Position numbers and translations under genes: made by a program
Notes under the pieces: generated by a model
Told to the model about the DNA's origin: nothing
Database searches by the model: none
Seen by the model: only the letters and a program-made list of their open reading frames with translations
From: Octopus vulgaris
Taxonomy: Eukaryota
NCBI GenBank assembly: GCA_951406725.2
Contig: OX597814.1
Coordinates: 121,644,001-121,708,000, forward strand
Direction: 5' to 3'
DNA: 64,000 bases
Part shown: in pieces, positions 55,581 to 64,000 of the stretch
Numbering within the stretch: position 1 is the stretch's first letter
Layout of the letters: each line of letters begins with the position of its first letter

Positions 55581-55765
55581 ATATATTTGTGTGTCTGTAT
55601 TTGTCCCCCCAACATCGCTTGACAACCGATGGTGGTGTGTTTACGCCCCTGTAACTTAGCGGTTTGGCAAAAAGATACCGATAGAATGAGTCCTAGGGTC
55701 GATTTACTCAACTAAAAGCGGTGGTCCTGCATTGCCGCAGTCAAATGACTGAAACAAGTAAAGAG
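54955..55765 (+). mobile_element. Two nested SINE family A copies
   Basis: Order is head, (TA)n, head plus body, (TA)n, body. Confidence 0.85.
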
Positions 55766-56675
55766 TAGATTATAGAACTGTCAGTGTTACTTTGCAGAAT
55801 AATTAAATACGCGAAGTTGACAACTATTCTGTATGTATGTATATATGTGAGAGTGTAAGGTTGTATTTGTGCTTTTATGCATATATGTAAGAGAATTAGC
55901 AAAAGAAAACAAAGTATTTCACGAGAATCTGTTAGAAAAACACAATCTCACTGTATCAAGATCATGTGATTTCTATAAGTTATAGGCAATAGTAATCCAA
56001 CGTCTTTCATGTTTAAAGTACTGTTGCTGGTAGCGTTTAAAAGGCATCAAGTAGGATTCATGGTAGATTAACTGGAAGAATACTTCAAAGAGTAGAATAT
56101 CTCGCTGAAATCTAGCATGTTGAGTTTTGTTTAGGAAGGTTAATCATCGCAAAACCTTCAATTGACATTGACGTTGACATTATTCTCGATTATTCATAAA
56201 TGGGGAATTAACAACATAACATTACCATTTTTTATATTGAATCATATATATATATATATATATATTGCGGGGAAATGATATATTAACTATGCGTACATGA
56301 AAATATATATACATACAGACTGATAGATAAATAGTAATGAACATGTTTCGATCCTTACTGGAAATCGTCAGCAAATAGATCTTCACATGGCAAGACATAA
56401 ATGTGATCAGTACATATAATCAGAATATTCCCAATATTTTTTGCTTACAAAAACTAGGAACAATCATTAGCACACCAAACGAAATGTCTAAAAGCGTTTC
56501 TTTCTCCAGGGTAAGCTTTACCTTTCATCTTAGCGGGATTGATAAAATAAGTACCTATTGAGCACTAGGATCGATGAAATCAAGTACTCACTGTCCCTAT
56601 AATATCAGGTCTTGTACCTAGAGCAGAAAGAATTTTTTTTTTCTCCTTCTTTCTTCAAATTTTCTTCCGTTTCTC

Positions 56676-56676
<1 letters not shown>

Positions 56677-56725
<49 letters not shown>

Positions 56726-57800
56726 TTCTCTTTATCACAGATTGATTTGACGCTCTTGGTGTCGTACAAGCGTAGCGGGCTTACTACCTGCAGCTTACGG
56801 TACCATGCTATTTGTTCTTTTCAGCTATCTAATACTTTCTTGATATTTGAGGCCGTGCCGAGGAAGCAAACCTCTTGTAAAAGTTCTACAGAGCACTCTA
56901 TTCCAATTTCCTTTATATTACTTTTGATGCCTTTTGAGACCGTTCTCAAGGACCCAACAATAATTGGCACTGACTTCAGCTTCTTCATTTTCCATAGCAG
57001 GGCTATTCCGTACTTAAGAGAGTTGTATCTATCTATCTTTTCGCCTACCTCCTTGACAATTCGTGGGTCAAAGGGGCATGCAACGTCAACTATATAGCAT
57101 TTGTGGTGCACCTTGTCCACAAGGCCCCGTCTGTTATGCGTTTGCACTTGATCTGTTTGGATTGGGAAATCCCAGAAGATTTTGCTAGTCTCAGATTCTA
57201 CCACTCTTTGCAATTTGAACTCATACCACGTCTTATTTCTCTCTCTAACCTTCTTGTGATATAGCTCTTCGTATTGCTTCTGCTTCATTTACTGAGAATG
57301 CATTTACATTTACACTTTGCTCTACATCTTCACTACCGCCTTTCATTTTTTCTGTCCTCCCTGGGCACGTTATCTGTTGGTGAAGCATTATTTCTATTTT
57401 CTATTTTGTATTTTCCTTTTTATCTCTTCTATCTCCACCTCTGCTAACCACCCTTTTGCTCTTACTGCACCTGTCTGTCGGCTACACGTTGCTCACTTGT
57501 TTCGAAGAGTCCTATCTCATTCCATTTTGCTTTCATTCGTTGTCGAAATCCTCTTCTGTTGGGTTCCCTCCTGATCCAGCCTTCAATTACCGTTCGGTTT
57601 GCCTCCTTGTCCCACATTCTTCTCTGCCTCTGGCTTTGTTTATAAGCAGTCTGAATGACAACCGGGCCAGCGCTGCTCAACCACAGGTTACCCTCCAGGC
57701 GAAAGTCTTTCACGTTTGTTTCCATTGTTTTATCCATTTTTTCCATTGTTTTATACATTTCACTCAATCGACTTATTCCCTCTCCCTGAATTGCTGGCCT
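56677..57800 (-). mobile_element. Internally deleted R4/Dong-like RLE non-LTR retrotransposon ending in (TAA)n
   Basis: KIFWDFPIQTD..NR..CYIVDVACPFD..EKIDRY..L..LW..VPIIVGSL..LLQEVCFLGT..IKKVLDS* (RLE domain); N-terminal WDKEANRTVIE..RGFRQRMKAKWNE..SEQRVAD; (ATT)n at 56677-56723; RT absent. Confidence 0.85.
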
Positions 57801-58984
57801 TTTGACAAAATTTGAAACCAAAATTACACTCATATATACAAGTAATATAACACATCTAACTCCATGGCACATATATGGCCGCTTGTGCTTCCATTTGTGT
57901 TGAATATATTTGGTGTGTCGATCTGTAAGTTTATATTTATTGGTGCCGTGGATATGTAAGACTACATTACCTAACGCTTAAGCGTCCCTTTTTTTTTTCA
58001 AGCTAATAACGTTGTGATTTGCGCAAGATATGGCTGTTATTTCTAAAGCTCACACTATTATATACATCTCAAGTTACTCTGCCAGTCACATCAGTCAGGA
58101 TCTTTATTTGTGTCGTGCATATATAGTTGATACTGACACCAACTATTTGTCATCACTAAGACTCGATGTTCCAAACCAACCTTCTTCAAAGCAATTCCTT
58201 GGCATGATTTTATCACATTTGTAGATTTTTAAAGAGTTTATGTCTCTTTTCAAAATTTACTTCGAAACATAAAATATGAAATCTAAAATAGTCTTAAAAT
58301 TTCAGTATAGGTTTAAATAAATTTCCTATGATACGGATTATGATATCTCTTAAAAGCGCCACTCAATTGATTTGACTTAACTTAGAGATGCTTACAAATC
58401 GATGAACACTCCTAATGAAGCCAGAGTAATCGTGTTTTCTATACATTTCTGTAGAGAACGAAAAACGTTTTAAAAAGTATCAAAGTGTGTATGATTATAA
58501 AAAGTATCATCCGCATATTCGAAATAAAAATTTAAAGAAGTGTGAGAGATATTAATCTCTGATTTCATATATTTAAATATTAAATTTGATCTCACGAATC
58601 ACGAAAGTGGTTATTATGCTTTTCTCAATGACGTTCGTTACACATTCTAGAAGCTGTAGAGTAATGTATGGAGCGATCTATGTATATAGCTACCTCTCAT
58701 CATGTTTCCATATCCCTATTACGTTATGATCATCTTTGAGTATTATCTTCCCATTAAGATTAACTCAGTTTCATTAAAGTACTGAGCATGTTTAAATCAA
58801 GGTTATATTACGAACCCACCGAATCACTTTGTGAAATGAAATGGTTTCGACTGATGGTTGAAGCTATCGTTTTAGCTATGCTGATATATACAAAATTATT
58901 GCTGTATTATACACAATACTCCAAAGCTGAGTGTACCTACGCCCATTTACTTCCGTCGGAAAATGATATTACATATATAATAAT

Positions 58985-59318
58985 ACTCTTTTACTCTCTC
59001 TTTTACTCTTTTACTTGTTTCAGTCATTTGACTGCGGCCATGCTGGAGCACCGCCTTTAGTCGAGCAAATCGACCCCAGGATTTATTCTTTGTAAGCCTA
59101 GTTGACGAACTGCGAAATTACGGGGACGTAAACACACCAGCATCGGTTGTCAAGCGATGTTGGGAGGACAAACACAGACATGCAAACACACACACACACA
59201 TATATATATATACATATGTACAACAGACTTCTTTCAGTTTCCGTCTACCAAATCTACTCACAAGGCTTTCGTCGCCCCGAGGCTAAAGTCAAAGAGACTT
59301 GCTCAAGGTGCCATGCAA
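58985..59318 (-). mobile_element. SINE family A copy
   Basis: Reverse complement of 55200-55535. Confidence 0.85.
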
Positions 59319-60069
59319 CGTTATTGCTATTTTAGGGCAGTGAATTTTCAAAATCGATAGAGTGGCGAATAGAAGACTTAATGTTTCCTTATTTCGCTTC
59401 ACATTCTGAATTTAAATTCCACTGAGATTAGTATTCACGTTCATTCTTCCGAAGTCGAAAAAGTAAAATACCAACCAAGAGCTGGTGGCGATTTAACAGA
59501 TTCATGTATTCTTTTAAATTTGCGGCTCTGTATTTATATTAGAAAGTACAGTCGTAGTGGAACAGCAGAATTGCCTAAACATCGGTATTGTATTTCTTCC
59601 ACTTATTCAGATTCTAAGCTCAAAAACCCACCCAGGTCAATTTTTGCCTTTCATTCTTTCAGAACAATAAAATAAATTACCAACCAAGTAAAAGGGTACT
59701 GTTGGCAAAACACTCCTTAAAATTCAAATCTTCTATCTATTTTAAAAACAACTATGTGATAAAACGTTTTGAAATCAGTAGAGTAACGAACGACTTGGGA
59801 AATGTATTCTGGCTCTTTATGTACAGAGTTGAAATTGTGTTGGGGTAGGTTCTTCTTTTCGTCTTTCTGAAGTTGATAACATAGAATACCACTATGTTAC
59901 ATAGAATACCACTAAGGTCAATTTAAGAAACTAAAATCCTTCTCCCAAATTTTAGAAATTGCGTTTATGTTAGAGAGATATACGCGTGCTGGATTGATAG
60001 AATCGTTAAAGTCGGAGAAAATTCTTTACTGCATTTTACCCGACACTTTATGATCTAAGTTCAAATAAT

Positions 60070-60232
60070 TCTTTCTACTATAAGTACAAGGTCTGAAATT
60101 TGGGGGAGAGGACTAGTCGATTAAATTGACCCCAAGGTTTCACTGGTACTTAATTTATCGACCCCGAAAGGATAACAGGTAATGTCGACCTCGGAGGATT
60201 TTGAACTTAGAACGAAGCCGCAGACGAAATAT
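60070..60232 (-). mobile_element. SINE family B insertion with 17 bp TSD inside an older plus-strand family B copy
   Basis: ATCTAAGTTCAAATAAT at 60053-60069 and 60233-60249. Confidence 0.85.
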
Positions 60233-63200
60233 ATCTAAGTTCAAATAATACCAAGATCAATATTAACTTCCATTCATTCCTGGGTTGATAAAATAAAGTA
60301 CACGCCATCTAATGGTGTCGTTTATTCTATTAACCCCTCACACCAATCCTTTAGGTCAGTTAACTATTTTAGAAACTATTATGAAAGGCGGCATATACCG
60401 GCCGAATCACCAAAGCATCGGAGATATATATTCCCACTCTTTACGTTCTCTCTTCAAATCGAAGTCGATCAAATATTGTTCTATTGAAGTAATGGTATCG
60501 ATATGATTGACTAATCTGCCTTCCCCTCAAAATTGCTGATCTCGTGCCTAAATCAAAATGTTGTAGCAACAATAGTGGTGTTAGTAGTAGTAGTAGTAGT
60601 ATTAGTAGTAGTAGTAGTAGTAGTAATAGAAGCAGCAGCAGCAGCTGCACCGTTGCCGATTTATATAGCATTATTAATGTTAAGGTACAGCTGGAAGAGT
60701 CCTCCCATTGAAAATCAGAAAGAAAATATTTATTTTAAGCTGTTTGCTTCCTGTCTCTTCTAAACTATTTTCTTCCATTTGTTCTTTCAAATAATTCACT
60801 TGTAGGATAATTACTTCCTCCTTCTGATATATAATTTGAATATTTTCTTCTCCACGACGAATATATTTCCAGCATTTGTCAATGTTCGTAGCAAATAACT
60901 GGCTTGCTTCGGGTATCTTATTTAGAATATTCCGTGGAGAATTGAAACTGTCAATGTAGCAAAGCCAATCTAATTCCTTATATGAATAATTAATCAGTTT
61001 ATACGGTGTATAAGATAAGGAAATGTATTCTTGTCTGCTTTGCGAGACTGCTAAAATTGTTAGAGAAACGGACTGTTCTTCAGCGGTTGGAAGAAAAATC
61101 GATCTTGCCAGAATTTCTGGTGCCTAATGCAATGATATTTTTAAAGATGACTCATAAATATAGTATATAAAAACAAGTTCTGTTGTACCTAGGGTACTTT
61201 GTTGCAATGCTTTTTATAAGACATATATGTTCTAATTACAGATATTTGACATTTGGGCATAGATGTAAGATTGTAAATAACACATGCAATTTAGAAGGGG
61301 AAATTCAGTGGGGAAATGCTATAAAATCGAGTTTGAGGAAGGCAAAATTCATGTAAAATTACTCTTTCAATGACAATTAAGAAAAAATTTATGAAATTAT
61401 TGCATTCATTTTGGAGATATTTAAAGCCAAGTTCACTGTTAGAGGTCAATATGTTGATATGAAGATTGACTATTCCTGTAGGAATCTAAGGAATAATATA
61501 AAAATTTAAATGCATCTTACTTCCATAATGCGGGGCATTGAATGTACAATATTGATCTCTAACGTAGGCACAAGACCACATCTATTAAGGTAAAGTATTG
61601 TTGATGGAAACATCTCTAGTATTTAATTGCTTCTTATTTTATCAGTCACGCGGAAGAATGAAAAGCAATGTCAGCTTCTGTTGCCTTTGAATTCACAATA
61701 TAAAGAGAATTCATTTTACCCGAATTTCTGCTGATCATGTCATACACTGCACTTGAATGTAAAATATCGGTTTGACTTTTGCCACAAATGGAGAAATAAT
61801 AACGTTATTATTCTATCTTCCTCCCACTGGAATTTGTACAATCGCAAAATTCGTTTCATTCTGAATTAACTGTGTCAAGGTAAATATTTCAGCGAAGCTA
61901 CCATTCTTCATTACGGTACAGTAATTCATGGAAAATATTTTGAAAAGTATTAGGCCATATATTGTTACCGGCATTGTTTCTATTTAAGCCCTGATCAGGG
62001 CCGTGAATTGGCAGAAAGTTTAGTTATTTCTTAGATATTTTTCCGCCTCTTTACGAGTTGAGTTCAAATCCCATCCCGGTTAACTCTGTCCTTCACTCTT
62101 CCGATTACAATACAATAAAGCACTAGCTGTGCGTGGGGTAAGTATCTTAAAATTCCCTGCCTTTGTCTAAATTAGGAATAATTATTTAACCCCATATCAG
62201 CCCCATTTAAACAGAACTGTGCTTGGACGTATTTTTAACGTGAACATCTTTTGCCTTTTTTTTTTTTTGTATTTCTAAAATCTTGTATTTCTATAATTTC
62301 ATTATTTGATACGACCGTACCTTTTGTGTGTTATTTTGAAGAAATTTGATTCTTAATTCTATCATGACAAAGAACCACATATTGGTTCCATCGTTGGAAT
62401 TCACAAAAGCTAATTATCAGCGGGAACGTTGTGTAGAATCGACTGAAGCGATCGTACTACAATATCTGATGCCTACCTATCTTAAACTCGAGTGAAAAGT
62501 GAAAGTTTGTCCTACTAGAATTCCTACTGAGAAATTTATGTGAGCAAAACTACGCATGTGATGCAGGCTCACCGTTAAAATTCTTCTTTTCCGGTATCAA
62601 CTATTACCGCATATCTCTTTATAAAACGTACCACATTCGTAAGAGATAGAATTTAACTGATTAAAGCGTTTCCTGAGTCTAACTCAGTGAAAAATGTCTA
62701 CCTTGAGAGGAGGAATGGCGGAGTCATCTTCAGTGTGTTGAGATATCATAAATTAGACACCTAACATAAACAGTTTGTTTGCTGAATAACGTTTTCACAT
62801 TTCTGTTTTGCTTGTGTAGCTGTAACCGCAAAAGTTATGTGTAACTTAATAACATTGAAGATTACATAATGTACGTCAGTTTTTAATTCATATCTAATTA
62901 CCTTTAATTTGGATTTATATTTAAAGATGTCACGTAAAAAGTATAAATTATTCACTACGAAGCATTACTCTGTTAAAAAGAAAATATATTCCATTTTTAC
63001 AAGGATTAAAATATTCGAAAGTAATTTTAAATAAGTGACTTGCTGTCTATTTAATCCGAAGAGTTTATGTTAATTTAACTATAACGAAGTTCATTATACA
63101 ACACATAATGATTCTTTATTTCCATTTAGAAACGTCACTTTGGTTAGGGCTGATTTGATATTCAAACGAGCATCTAGGACTTCAGGACTGAAGTAGCCGT

Positions 63201-63744
63201 TACATTTAGATACCAATTTATTTCTTTTTTATAATTTAAGCTTCAATTTTATGGTAATTACAGTATCGTATTTATATGAAAATTTAATCACAGATATATT
63301 TTTGATCGACGCTTGCATTATTTTACTGTAGACGGTATTTTTGCTGAATCATATCTCTTTGCACTGAATACGTGTCTATATATAAATTAGTACATTCTCT
63401 TTACGCAGATGCCCAGCGTACATTTAATTTTTCTTTCACTGTTATATATGCTCTGAACTTCATCGAGCAACGGTAAAGTATTTGCAACCCAAAATTTACC
63501 CCTCCCTTGACGAAAGAAAACATTGTTTTCAGCGATATGGGAAACTGTCATATAGTACTGCTATGGGAAATGTTGTGTTAATATCCTAGATTTAAGATCA
63601 CACAGCTTATTAATGGGAACAGCGATTTTTAATCGGCTCAATCCTAACAAACAGCTCCCGTTTTCCCTCCATTTCTCATTCTTTGATAAAGGATAAGGCC
63701 TTCGATTCTAGACTCCTATCGACAATTGACGTTTACGTATTTTC

Positions 63745-64000
63745 AAGGGCGATTGAAATGCAGTGGTATGGGCATATGTTGAGGAGGGATGAGGAGCATG
63801 TTCTGAAGGGAGTGCTAGAGTATGCGGTAAATGGACAGCGAAAGAAAGGTAGATCGAGGAAAATGTGGAGAGGCAGGTGAAGAAAGAGGTTGGGAGGGTT
63901 GACTTGAGAAAGGAGGACGCCCAAAACCGGGCAAGATGACGAGATGGTGTGAGGGCGGTTGCTACGGCATTGAGGTATTTAAGCCACCATCATTAACGGG
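63745..64000 (+). mobile_element. RTE-clade LINE 3' fragment (runs to the window edge)
   Basis: WYGHMLRRDEEHVLKGVLEYAVNGQRKKGRSRKMW is the typical RTE C-terminal W.GHV.R....G.R..GRP..W motif. Confidence 0.8.

Noticed and set aside
62340-62400. Minus-strand MWFFVMI, resembling the iGluR M3 WWFFTLI
   Set aside because: No SYTANLAAF follows. The upstream M3 exon, and likewise the downstream M4 exon, were not found in this window.

Overview
AT-rich, microsatellite-dense animal genomic DNA. The SINE families look like those of Octopus (coleoid cephalopod); this is inferred from repeat content only. The window lies inside a very large minus-strand gene for an AMPA-type ionotropic glutamate receptor. 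Two coding exons are visible (32518-32274 and 7516-7411), joined in frame across a 24.8 kb intron at the same positions as vertebrate GRIA exon 13 (R/G site) and the flip/flop exon. The rest is intron filled with decayed mobile elements: Penelope-like elements, RLE-type LINEs (HERO-like and R4/Dong-like), RTE and CR1-like LINEs, pogo, Tc1 and mariner transposons, and at least three tRNA-type SINE families. The most notable non-coding signal is a complete hammerhead ribozyme core in a non-circularly permuted (pseudoknotted) order, in the 3' UTR of an internally deleted HERO-like LINE (42644-42735). Also present: a series of Penelope-type minimal hammerheads, two unrelated ~130-bp-arm hairpin elements inserted in (TA)n, and a ~885 bp GAA tract. 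Almost all ORFs in the supplied track are microsatellite artefacts. Family assignments rest on motifs recognised by eye, not database searches.
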